Below, piece after piece: positions 1 through 7,807 of a DNA stretch of 64,000 bases (its first letter is position 1; each line of letters begins with the position of its first letter). Origin of the DNA: an uncultured virus (IMG/VR IMGVR_UViG_3300032038_000019) (lineage: Duplodnaviria > Heunggongvirae > Uroviricota > Caudoviricetes); the IMG/VR virus record IMGVR_UViG_3300032038_000019; one strand, 5' to 3'. A program made the position numbers and the translations under genes. Under the pieces are notes generated by a model. It was not told where the DNA came from. It ran no database searches and saw nothing but the letters and a program-made list of their open reading frames with translations.

Positions 1-130
1 CTTCAGTTTCCTGAGTTTCTACTAAAGTATCAGAATCTTTTTCAGCATCTTGCTTAGGAGGTTCTACAAGTGCCCCCAAAATTGCTAATAGAAAGATAAT
101 TCCTAATGCTATTAGACATCCTTTTTTCAT
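1..130 (-). CDS. Membrane-anchored hypothetical protein, partial (runs off the window)
   Basis: ATG at 130; MKKGCLIALGIIFLLAILGALVEPPKQD... has a hydrophobic N-terminus; frame open to position 1. Confidence 0.7.
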   Translation of the reverse strand, partial: MKKGCLIALGIIFLLAILGALVEPPKQDAEKDSDTLVETQETE

Positions 131-232
131 AATAATATAATAATAACTGGTTCTACACTAATTTAATTTGCGTCAATAAATATATAATAATATTTTTTAA
201 AAACAAAATTACTTTTGTTAATAATTGTTAAG

Positions 233-317
233 CGGAAGATAAGGGATTCGAACCCCTGGTTCCCGAAAGAACAATGGTTTTCAAGACCACCGCATTAGAC
301 CACTCTGCCAACCTTCC
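233..317 (-). tRNA. tRNA-Ser(TGA)
   Basis: GGAAGGT acceptor, anticodon arm GTGGT-CTTGAAA-ACCAT, long variable arm, GGTTCGAATCC T-loop. Confidence 0.95.
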
Positions 318-320
318 TTA

Positions 321-614
321 TTATTGTGCTTTATTAAATTCTATAGTTTTAATATTAGCCCTTTCCAATGTTACATAAAGATTTTCCTTATGTAGATGAC
401 TTGGAGAGCTGCTTACCCATCCATGTCTTTCAATTACTAAATCAACTGAATCATTATTGAAATTTGCCTTTATTATTTTATCATCAACAAATGAATGATT
501 TATCAAATTCCACCTATTATAGAATTCGCCATTAATTTCTACAGATTCAAACAAATCAATTCGATAAGTTTCGTTGACTCTTTTTTTCCAATCATCCCAA
601 AATTTCTTAGTCAT
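321..614 (-). CDS. Hypothetical protein
   Basis: ORF between tRNAs; likely start MTKKFW at 614. Confidence 0.6.
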   Translation of the reverse strand: MTKKFWDDWKKRVNETYRIDLFESVEINGEFYNRWNLINHSFVDDKIIKANFNNDSVDLVIERHGWVSSSPSHLHKENLYVTLERANIKTIEFNKAQ

Positions 615-695
615 TTCATAATAACCGCCACCAACTATATTTATCACGCCCCTAATGTTGGAAGGGTAGATATTTTAATTATAAAATTAATTAAG

Positions 696-770
696 TTGTC
701 CCTGCAGGAATCGAACCTACGGATGCCTTCAGAATCAAAATCTAACGTGCCACCACTACACCAAGGGACA
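696..770 (-). tRNA. tRNA-Gln(TTG)
   Basis: TGTCCCT/AGGGACA acceptor, TTAGA-TTTTGAT-TCTGA; variable loop slightly long. Confidence 0.9.
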
Positions 771-795
771 ATATTTATATCGCATCATTTCTTCG

Positions 796-870
796 CTCCC
801 CCTGTAGGACTCGAACCTACGACTTCATGCGTTACAGACAAGCACTCTAAACCATCTGAGTTAAGGAGGA
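796..870 (-). tRNA. Atypical tRNA: anticodon GTA (Tyr) on an Asn-like short-arm body
   Basis: TCCTCCT/AGGGGGA acceptor, G73, arm CTTGT-CTGTAAC-GCATG (one mismatch), 5-nt variable loop. Confidence 0.7.
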
Positions 871-1096
871 ATATACTCTTTAGCGAACTTCCAAGTTAAT
901 ACCACTCATCAAAAATTACTTCGCTTACCTTCTAAGCAACTCCATATCTTTTGCAATTATTTCTAATATGCATATGACGTCTGTCCTTTACGGTGCATGA
1001 AGCCTATTTTTAATTTTTCTATGTTAGGCTCTATCTAAAGAGTTGCCAATTTTATCCATACCATTGGCAAAGACATTCTGTGGTTAAGACATTATG

Positions 1097-1170
1097 TGGT
1101 TATGGTAGGACTTGAACCTACGACCTCAATCTCATCAGGATTGCCATCTAACCAACTGATATACATAACC
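1097..1170 (-). tRNA. tRNA-Ile(GAT)
   Basis: GGTTATG/CATAACC, CAATC-CTGATGA-GATTG. Confidence 0.9.
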
Positions 1171-1183
1171 GTAATTCAGCTAT

Positions 1184-1681
1184 CTACTGTAAATCAAATC
1201 CTCTTGGGAATTCTTTAGCATATAATTCTTCTACATATTCCGACCACTTCTTATCAGCATTAACACCATTACTTTGTCCCTTAATAACTTCGTTCCAAAG
1301 TTTCTCAAGGCGTTCCTTACCAAGACTCATAAGCTTACAAGCATATTGTGGGGTTATCTTATGCACTCCACAGTGTTTTACTGAACAACAGCTGCCACCA
1401 CAATATTTACCTTTATGGCCTTCCTTATGTTCAAATGCATAATGAGGGTAGAATATTAATATGTCATCCTCAAAGCAATCGTGGTCTGGGTCAGAATTGA
1501 AACGGATGTTTATTTTCTGAACAATTCCTGGAAGGAATTGACACGTTTCTACCCAATCACCAACCTCATAGTCAATATGTGACATATACTCTTTCAGAGT
1601 TTTATCTATATCTTCTTTTGTCCATCTTGACTTGGATTCTTCTTTGAATAATTTACAATTATTCTTATCACAACTTGCCAT
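1184..1681 (-). CDS. Cys-rich hypothetical protein
   Basis: 165 aa ORF; CGGSCCSVKHCG motif. Confidence 0.7.
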   Translation of the reverse strand: MASCDKNNCKLFKEESKSRWTKEDIDKTLKEYMSHIDYEVGDWVETCQFLPGIVQKINIRFNSDPDHDCFEDDILIFYPHYAFEHKEGHKGKYCGGSCCSVKHCGVHKITPQYACKLMSLGKERLEKLWNEVIKGQSNGVNADKKWSEYVEELYAKEFPRGFDLQ

Positions 1682-1700
1682 TATCGTAACATTTAAATTT

Positions 1701-1723
1701 TGTACTTACGCAAGGACTTGAAC
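1701..1723 (-). pseudogene. tRNA 3' remnant (T-arm and acceptor strand only)
   Basis: GTTCAAGTCCTTGCGTAAGTACA with no 5' half. Confidence 0.45.
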
Positions 1724-1740
1724 TAACTTTTTATTTTTTG

Positions 1741-1823
1741 AGCTGAGGACAGGATTCGAACCTGCGTGGGTTTTCACCTCTGGGTTACAAAGCCAGTGCT
1801 TTCATCCACTCAGCCACCTCAGC
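1741..1823 (-). tRNA. tRNA-Thr(TGT) with a long (class II-like) variable arm
   Basis: GCTGAGG/CCTCAGC acceptor, CTGGC-TTTGTAA-CCCAG, extra arm AGGTGAAAACCCAC. Confidence 0.8.
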
Positions 1824-1849
1824 GCATTTTTTACTACTTACTGTTTAAT

Positions 1850-1977
1850 TTAGGAAACATTTAATAACGTTGCTCTAACCAACTGAGCTAAATGGAAAAA
1901 ATAATTCCCACTACTGGACCCGAACCAGTGACACACGGATTACAAATCATTCTTAATTTTTGCTGTTAGTTTCCTTG
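1850..1977 (-). ncRNA. Y-RNA-like RNA enclosing a circularly permuted tRNA (copy A)
   Basis: CAAGGAAACTAACAGCAA, T-arm ACTGG-TTCGGGT-CCAGT, closed acceptor AGTGGGA/TTCCATT, D-arm GCTC-AGTTGGTTA-GAGC, then GTTTCCTAA. Confidence 0.8.
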
Positions 1978-2122
1978 TTTTATATCATATGTGACGTTTT
2001 ACTTGGCGGAGTGCGCCACCTTACTCTCCATGTTTGAACATTGCTTATTGCTTTGTCCACCAGCTATAGGCAACTGCTCCAATTACAGTGCCAAAAATAA
2101 AACTAATCATATTTCTTTTAAT

Positions 2123-2605
2123 TTATTGATTTAACATTTCCAAACATAAGTCAATTGCAGCTTCTACAGCGTGTTCCAAGTTTGTTTTTCTATCATTCTG
2201 TTCAAATAGTTTGCAAAATAATCTTTTGCCGTTAAAGCCATTAAGAACACAAATCCAAATAGTTCCATTAGGTGACTTTTCATTACCACCTGTGTTACCT
2301 GCATATCCTGTAATGCCAACGGCATAATCAACATTCAATACAGATTTTGCACCAAGTGCCATATTATACGCAACTTCCTTACTGACGACATCACACTTTT
2401 CTATAATATGATGTGGAACACCAAGGATGCTTTCTTTAATGTCAGTAGCGTAGGAAACGATTCCACCTCTAAAATATTTAGAAGCACCACTTACTGAAGC
2501 AATATAGGCACTAATTGCACCTGCTGTACAAGATTCGGCAGTGCCAATAGTATGACCCAATTTGGTCAACTTTTCGCCTAACTCTAAAGCTTTTTTATTA
2601 TCCAT
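2123..2605 (-). CDS. pncC: CinA C-terminal domain / NMN deamidase (PncC-like)
   Basis: AESCTAG, GASKYFRGGIVSY, VS.EVA..MA.G and ITGYAG motifs. Confidence 0.9.
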   Translation of the reverse strand: MDNKKALELGEKLTKLGHTIGTAESCTAGAISAYIASVSGASKYFRGGIVSYATDIKESILGVPHHIIEKCDVVSKEVAYNMALGAKSVLNVDYAVGITGYAGNTGGNEKSPNGTIWICVLNGFNGKRLFCKLFEQNDRKTNLEHAVEAAIDLCLEMLNQ

Positions 2606-2624
2606 TATTATTTTTGATTAACAA

Positions 2625-2634
2625 TGCAAATATA
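2625..2634 (-). promoter_or_regulatory. Bacteroidota sigmaA-type -7 box (TAnnTTTG), representative of many copies
   Basis: TATATTTGCA upstream of pncC. The same or near-identical box occurs at ~3365, 4483, 5337, 8708, 8794, 11759, 13308, 16079, 17834, 19874, 26027, 28443, 33644, 34070, 37784, 48306, and on + at ~37824 and ~49499. Confidence 0.8.
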
Positions 2635-2790
2635 TAAAAAACTTTTCTAATATCAAATTTTAAAACGTTAAGAACATTTAAAAAATTTAGCAAACAATAT
2701 TTGAAGTAAACCACTCGCATCCTACCGTCTTGTTACTTTCAGTTCATACGCCAAAGCCTTGTCCGTTATTCAAACAATTGCTTGCTATTG

Positions 2791-2864
2791 GGTACAATAT
2801 TGGATTCGAACCAATGACCATCAGAACCACAATCTGACGCTCTACCAACTGAGCTAATTGCACC
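2791..2864 (-). tRNA. tRNA-His(GTG)
   Basis: Encoded G-1:C73; TCAGA-TTGTGGT-TCTGA. Confidence 0.95.
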
Positions 2865-2870
2865 ATATTG

Positions 2871-2942
2871 CGGGAATGGGGAATTTCGAAATCCCGACCT
2901 AATGATTAACAGTCATTTGCTCTGCCTCTGAGCTACATTCCC
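2871..2942 (-). tRNA. tRNA-Asn(GTT)
   Basis: GGGAATG/CATTCCC, AATGA-CTGTTAA-TCATT; T-stem closes with T-T instead of G53-C61. Confidence 0.9.
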
Positions 2943-3041
2943 ATTCTACCCACGTATTTTTTTTTAACAGTCTCCATTTTTATGTTATTATATGGAATTG
3001 CGTCTACATCGTGAGATAGTCTTTACATAGTAGAATTTTAG

Positions 3042-3122
3042 TTGTGTGGGAGAGATTTGAACTCCCGAAGCTGAAGCACTTGATTTACAGTCAAGCCCAT
3101 TTGACCACTCTGGAACCACACA
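3042..3122 (-). tRNA. tRNA-Tyr(GTA) with U1:A72
   Basis: TGTGTGG/CCACACA acceptor, A73, CTTGA-CTGTAAA-TCAAG, long variable arm. Confidence 0.93.
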
Positions 3123-3145
3123 TTATATTAGCATATATTAAATAG

Positions 3146-3220
3146 TGACATCGGAGGGATTCGAACCCTTGACTCTCGGATTAAAAATCCGATGCTCTAA
3201 ACCAACTGAGCTACGATGCC
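3146..3220 (-). tRNA. tRNA-Lys(TTT)
   Basis: TCGGA-TTTTTAA-TCCGA, canonical cloverleaf. Confidence 0.95.
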
Positions 3221-3498
3221 GTTTTAATTAAGTTATTGGAGTGGCTTAACGCCACAAGATATTAGCACATACCAATACTTCATTCCAATAATTTTTAATT
3301 TTCTTTTTCATAATTCACTTACTTTAGCTATATTATATTATTTATTTGTTTCGCTTATTGACAATGCAAATATATAACTTTTTTCTTAAAAACCCAAACT
3401 TATTTTGTTAAAGGATGTTAACATTTCAAACTTATCAATTAATTTTTTTATAGTGCAGCTGGGCGCAACGGGGCTTCCCAGATACACTGTATGCGCAC

Positions 3499-3548
3499 AA
3501 AAAAAGCTGTTGAATTTATTCTTTTGGTAAGAAGTCCTTCAACAGCTT
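3499..3548 (-). terminator. Intrinsic terminator (putative attenuator)
   Basis: AAGCTGTTGAA...TTCAACAGCTT 11-bp stem followed by a T-tract on the minus strand. Confidence 0.7.
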
Positions 3549-3578
3549 GGGAAATATAATATAGTGAAGTAAGTGCTA

Positions 3579-3719
3579 CTATATAGTTTTTTTATAGCCG
3601 TTAGGAACTCCATAATGTTCAGGTGTATTATAATCAAAGGATGTAAAGCCATCTGTCCAACTATTATTAATAGTTGAATAAACTTGTTTATAATCCATAT
3701 GTTTATTAATACCCATCAT
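3579..3719 (-). CDS. 46-aa putative leader peptide
   Basis: MMGINKHMDYKQVYSTINNSWTDGFTSFDYNTPEHYGVPNGYKKTI, ending in TAG TAG ~30 nt before the terminator. Confidence 0.5.
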   Translation of the reverse strand: MMGINKHMDYKQVYSTINNSWTDGFTSFDYNTPEHYGVPNGYKKTI

Positions 3720-3805
3720 ATTATTTTATTCTTTAAAATATAGTTTATATAATTAAATATAACGTTATTTTCAAAAATACTGAAAAATCTTTATTTTTTT
3801 TAAAA

Positions 3806-3864
3806 TTAGGAATCAGTTATTTATTTTCCCTACAAATATTAAAAAATTGCTGTATGATTCCTTG
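3806..3864 (-). ncRNA. Minimal ACAGCAA-stem RNA (copy B)
   Basis: CAAGGAATCATACAGCAA...TGATTCCTAA; stem AGGAATCA/TGATTCCT covaries relative to the other copies. Confidence 0.7.
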
Positions 3865-3879
3865 TTTTTTTTTTAATTG

Positions 3880-3948
3880 TGTACCCTGATGGATTCGAAC
3901 CATCAACCACTACATTCATAGTGTTTTAGCCCACTAAACTAAGGGTAC
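3880..3948 (-). ncRNA. tRNA-like RNA with a truncated anticodon arm
   Basis: Perfect GTACCCT/AGGGTAC acceptor, D-arm and GATGG-TTCGAAT-CCATC; anticodon arm is only CTAT-GAAT-GTAG. Confidence 0.7.
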
Positions 3949-3952
3949 ATAT

Positions 3953-4076
3953 TTAGGAAACGTGATTCAACATAAGTGTCAATGCTACCTATCATTCTTC
4001 GCATATATTACTTATTATAATTACAGTTCATAGTACGTCATTATAATCATTTTTAAGATTGCTGTACGTTTCCTTG
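3953..4076 (-). ncRNA. ACAGCAA-stem RNA with a long non-tRNA insert (copy C)
   Basis: CAAGGAAACGTACAGCAA...ACGTTTCCTAA, 9-bp terminal stem. Confidence 0.7.
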
Positions 4077-4081
4077 TATTG

Positions 4082-4145
4082 TGGCTATATCGGTTACGAA
4101 CCGAATGCTAAATGCTCACATATTCATCACCATGAATTTATAGCC
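4082..4145 (-). ncRNA. Degenerate tRNA-like RNA lacking a normal anticodon arm
   Basis: GGCTATA/TATAGCC plus A, hairpin ATTCAT-GGTG-ATGAAT, TCGG-TTCGTAA-CCGA. Confidence 0.55.
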
Positions 4146-4215
4146 GTTTATGACAGAGTGGTGAACATTCATTTGGGGATAACTCTGCCAAAGGTATTTC
4201 TACCTATTATGTCAG

Positions 4216-4291
4216 TGATGGAGGAGGGATTCGAACCCGTCAACCTACGGCTTAGAAGGCCGTTGCTCTAATCCAATTGAGCTACCCCACC
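4216..4291 (-). tRNA. tRNA-Arg(TCT)
   Basis: ACGGC-CTTCTAA-GCCGT; slightly irregular T-stem. Confidence 0.9.
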
Positions 4292-4304
4292 TTAACATCG
4301 CTTT

Positions 4305-4356
4305 CAAGAAAATCAGCATCACCATGTAAAAATGGAATTTTGCTGTCAACTTCTTT
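4305..4356 (-). ncRNA. Divergent ACAGCAA-stem copy (D)
   Basis: AAGAAGTTGACAGCAA...TTTTCTTG; weaker stem than the other copies. Confidence 0.35.
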
Positions 4357-4551
4357 TGCATTTTTAATGCAATAAATAAATGTAATTAAACCAATTATAA
4401 ACATTACAACATAAAACCCAAGTATAAATTTTAATACTAATATTGCCATACGCTTAAATATTAATTATTTATTGAAAGCAATGCAAATATATAAAATTAT
4501 TTTTTAAAAACAAAATTTTAAGCAACTTTTTTTAAAAAAAAATAGTTATAT

Positions 4552-5319
4552 TCACAAATTTAATCTTTCTTTGGAGAATTCGTATTGTTTTTCAGACAGC
4601 TCAGACCCAATACAATTCAAACCCATATTTTTGCAAGCTACTGCTGTTGTGCCTGTTCCCATAAATGAATCATATACTAAATAGCCTTCTTTAGCATATA
4701 TGCTAAGCAATTGTGTACACAAATCAGATGAAAACGTAGCTTTATTTAATTTATTAGGTCCATCATTGTTAACAGCTTCAATAAAATTATATATGTTTTC
4801 GTAATACTTTTGTTTAGTATCTTCCCTTACAGACTTAACCTTTTTGTTAGCACAATATGTTTTATATTCACTTTTTCTAACAAATACAAACACAGGCTCA
4901 CATATCCTTGTTAATTTGTTAGGACTAGTGTTATTAGGCAATGCTGATTTTTTCTTCCACACTATTTGTTCTGCAATCATAAAATTAGATTCAACAATTA
5001 ACTTAGCTATTGCATTCCACATATCATTTGGTTGCTCTGAGCCATACGATATATTATATAATATTACGCCATTTTCTTTTAATATCTTATCGTAATTTTC
5101 AAATAGCTTTAATGTCCAATCTGCATATTCATCAGTAGTTTTAGCGTCAATATAAATATCATACCTATTAATATAGGTTTCCATTGCCCTTTCAGTTTTC
5201 GCTGTCCTTGATGTATTATAAGGCGGTGATGTTAATATTATGTCAACTTTAACATCATTTTTAGCCATATTTTCCATTGTATGAAAGCAGTCTTCATTAA
5301 ATAATGAAATATCACTCAT
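4552..5319 (-). CDS. N4-C/N6-A DNA methyltransferase (beta class)
   Basis: TSPPY catalytic motif near the N-terminus; YDSFMGTGTT SAM-binding motif near the C-terminus. Confidence 0.92.
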   Translation of the reverse strand: MSDISLFNEDCFHTMENMAKNDVKVDIILTSPPYNTSRTAKTERAMETYINRYDIYIDAKTTDEYADWTLKLFENYDKILKENGVILYNISYGSEQPNDMWNAIAKLIVESNFMIAEQIVWKKKSALPNNTSPNKLTRICEPVFVFVRKSEYKTYCANKKVKSVREDTKQKYYENIYNFIEAVNNDGPNKLNKATFSSDLCTQLLSIYAKEGYLVYDSFMGTGTTAVACKNMGLNCIGSELSEKQYEFSKERLNL

Positions 5320-5394
5320 ATTTATATAACATTTTATGCAAATATATGAATAAAATTTGTTAAAAACAAATATAGTGCTATTAACATTTTACAT

Positions 5395-5601
5395 TTATTG
5401 CTTAACCACTAATTCTACCTCAATTGGTTCATCTTTCCAAGTCAAATCAGGAAACATATTTGGGTCTAAAATCATCGTATCGGTGAAGTCATCCATTGAC
5501 ACAACGTCCCAAGATTCATTATTCCACCCTGCATCTGTGCATCTATGTGGCTTGCTTGAAAACAATGCCAAGTCACCATCTTTATCTCTTGCTACAAACA
5601 T
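5395..5601 (-). CDS. Small phage protein
   Basis: VARDKDG.L.LF..KP...LTWKDEPIEV pattern, typical of Bacteroidales phage small proteins. Confidence 0.7.
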   Translation of the reverse strand: MFVARDKDGDLALFSSKPHRCTDAGWNNESWDVVSMDDFTDTMILDPNMFPDLTWKDEPIEVELVVKQ

Positions 5602-5612
5602 TTTTTATTTTA

Positions 5613-5942
5613 TTAATTAGCTTTGTTTTTTATCTCAATATTTTGATATAATGCTTTAGCTGCTGACAGTTGTGCATTCGCAATATCCTTAAAAGCGTAA
5701 AATTCAGAAGCTTCAATATCTTCGGCAAATAATAATGTATTTTCAATAAAATTATTAGCCCAAACATCGCCTTCATTAACAGTTATAGAGCATTCTTCAT
5801 GCCCTTCACTTAAAGAGTACTTAACAGTAATATTTTCTATTTCACATTTGTCACCTTCATTTTCACTAACAATGTGAATTAACTCTTTAACTAACCCTCT
5901 GTCTAATTTATAGAACTTACCTAAATAATATTTTTTTCTCAT
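5613..5942 (-). CDS. Hypothetical protein
   Basis: 109 aa ORF in operon. Confidence 0.65.
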   Translation of the reverse strand: MRKKYYLGKFYKLDRGLVKELIHIVSENEGDKCEIENITVKYSLSEGHEECSITVNEGDVWANNFIENTLLFAEDIEASEFYAFKDIANAQLSAAKALYQNIEIKNKAN

Positions 5943-6078
5943 TCTTTTTATTACTTTTTAATATTATATTTGTTTTATATGCCCATAATATAATATTTTT
6001 TTATGTAAAAATGAAACTAAAAATGTTAAAAAAATTAAAAAACCTCAACGTCCAAAAAAGAACGCTGAGGTTTGTAGA

Positions 6079-6414
6079 TTATTTGCTGATAAAATCAGCG
6101 TCTTTAAACAAATCACCTTCAACAAATTTAGGCTGCTTAAGATTTTCATTGGCTTTAGCTAATTCAGTCTGCAAATTAAAGCCTAAAAGTTTCCAAACTT
6201 GAGGTTCAAGATGCTCTAAACATACACTTTTACCTATTTCTTCATCATAATTTTTAGGGTCTACGCAAATTGACGTTTCTACTAACACGAAGCCATTTGG
6301 GAACTTTATGCCTACAAGTGTAGCAGGTTTCCCTAAAATTTTTATTGTTTGGGTTTCTGCTGTTGAAAGTATTTCGTCTACTTGTTCTTTCGTAACTGTA
6401 TTTATTTTATTCAT
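6079..6414 (-). CDS. Phage Gp49/66-family protein
   Basis: NGF.....S.CVDP.NYDEEIG...C......VW.LLGF.L pattern. Confidence 0.75.
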   Translation of the reverse strand: MNKINTVTKEQVDEILSTAETQTIKILGKPATLVGIKFPNGFVLVETSICVDPKNYDEEIGKSVCLEHLEPQVWKLLGFNLQTELAKANENLKQPKFVEGDLFKDADFISK

Positions 6415-6419
6415 ACCAT

Positions 6420-6647
6420 TTAGCTTTTACTTTTGCTATTAATGTCTATTTTATCTGGATTCCAATAAGGGTATTTGCTTTGTTCTGATAAAGGTGTATC
6501 AGCCACTTCATAAGAAGCGCCACAAAAAGGACAAAACATATATGTAACTATTGCATCTTCTTCTTCTGTTTGTGCATCCATATAATCAGATAACATAGAA
6601 TTTCCACTGATTATTAATTCGTGGTCACAACGCATACATTTATTCAT
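6420..6647 (-). CDS. Small Zn-ribbon protein
   Basis: CMRC...CPFC. Confidence 0.7.
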   Translation of the reverse strand: MNKCMRCDHELIISGNSMLSDYMDAQTEEEDAIVTYMFCPFCGASYEVADTPLSEQSKYPYWNPDKIDINSKSKS

Positions 6648-6663
6648 ATCGTTTATATTATAG

Positions 6664-6738
6664 AGCGAATGGTGGGATTCGAACCCACGTTATTTCAGTT
6701 TGGAAAACTGATGCCATAACCAACTAGGCGACATTCGC
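6664..6738 (-). tRNA. tRNA-Gly(TCC)
   Basis: GCGAATG/CATTCGC, U73, TCAGT-TTTCCAA-ACTGA. Confidence 0.95.
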
Positions 6739-6781
6739 AAGTGAGCATTTTTAAGAGAATGCTCAAACTCCATTAGATTTT

Positions 6782-7807
6782 TTATTTAAGGGTAACTGTG
6801 GCTGTACGAGCTGGGTTAGTACCGCTTGCGCCAATACCCTTAACTGAATCAACCTTAACACCCCTCTTTAGAAGGACATTTGCTACTGCATTAGCACGTG
6901 CTTCAGAAAGTTTCTTGTTAAACTTAGCTGAACCCTCAGGTGAAGCTTCACCAACGATTGTTACAACTGAGTTTTCACCAATCTTATTAAGCTCTGCTTT
7001 AGCTGCATCACTCAATGTAGACTTACCCTTATCAAATACAATAGTCCAAGTATTCTGCTTTGCGTCAACAACCTTAACTACCTCTTTAATAACTTCAACA
7101 GTCTTAGGTTTCTTAGCAAGTTCTGCCTTCAAAGAGTTAATTTCATCATTCAATGCGCCTACATCAAACTTCTTGAAATTATGTGTGCCGTTACTTGTCT
7201 TAAACTTATAAGCCAAAAGTGCTTCAACTGCAAGCTGTGCATTTGACTTATTAAACTGAATCTTATTATCACGGCTCAAGTTCCAATAAACAACTGGCTC
7301 TACACCAATCTGCCAAGCCTTTGCTGAACCAAGATTCCAAGCAAGAATTACACCTGTCTTAGCGCCAAGGTCATTAGTAGAATTGTGGGTTTCTGTACAA
7401 TGATTAAAATAGTGAAGCCATCCAATACCTGCTTCAGTACTAACTTCAAATGTCTTAGATGGATTATAACCCAAGAGCAAATTAGTAAGGTTAATTGTAC
7501 CATTAAGACCTACATAAGTCGCCTTAACGAACAAGCCACTATTCAAATCTGAGCCAAAATGGTTATCACCAAATACGGCAGTACCTTCAACGTTAGCACC
7601 AAATACTGGACTGAAATTCTTACCAAGCTTAATACCAGCATTAGCATTAAGTGGCATTACGCTATTAAAATCCAATGGTGCTGAAACGCCACCGTGAACA
7701 CCTACGTAAGTATTATCAAGAATTTTTGCTTCTTGCAAAGCAGTCTGAGCGTTAATACCAATAACACTTACCATTGCCATAATAAGGCACAAAATAAACT
7801 TCTTCAT
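6782..7807 (-). CDS. OmpA-family outer membrane protein (Bacteroidales type)
   Basis: Signal peptide, beta-barrel N-domain, coiled linker, C-terminal OmpA motif G.ASPEG...FN.KLSEARA.AV. Confidence 0.88.
   Translation of the reverse strand: MKKFILCLIMAMVSVIGINAQTALQEAKILDNTYVGVHGGVSAPLDFNSVMPLNANAGIKLGKNFSPVFGANVEGTAVFGDNHFGSDLNSGLFVKATYVGLNGTINLTNLLLGYNPSKTFEVSTEAGIGWLHYFNHCTETHNSTNDLGAKTGVILAWNLGSAKAWQIGVEPVVYWNLSRDNKIQFNKSNAQLAVEALLAYKFKTSNGTHNFKKFDVGALNDEINSLKAELAKKPKTVEVIKEVVKVVDAKQNTWTIVFDKGKSTLSDAAKAELNKIGENSVVTIVGEASPEGSAKFNKKLSEARANAVANVLLKRGVKVDSVKGIGASGTNPARTATVTLK

Noticed and set aside
495..899. + strand ORFs overlapping tRNAs or antisense to real genes (also 4059-4271, 6798-7211, 14642-14983, 23965-24309, 45737-47206 and similar)
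   Set aside because: Shadow ORFs opposite well-supported genes or tRNAs, with no recognisable motifs
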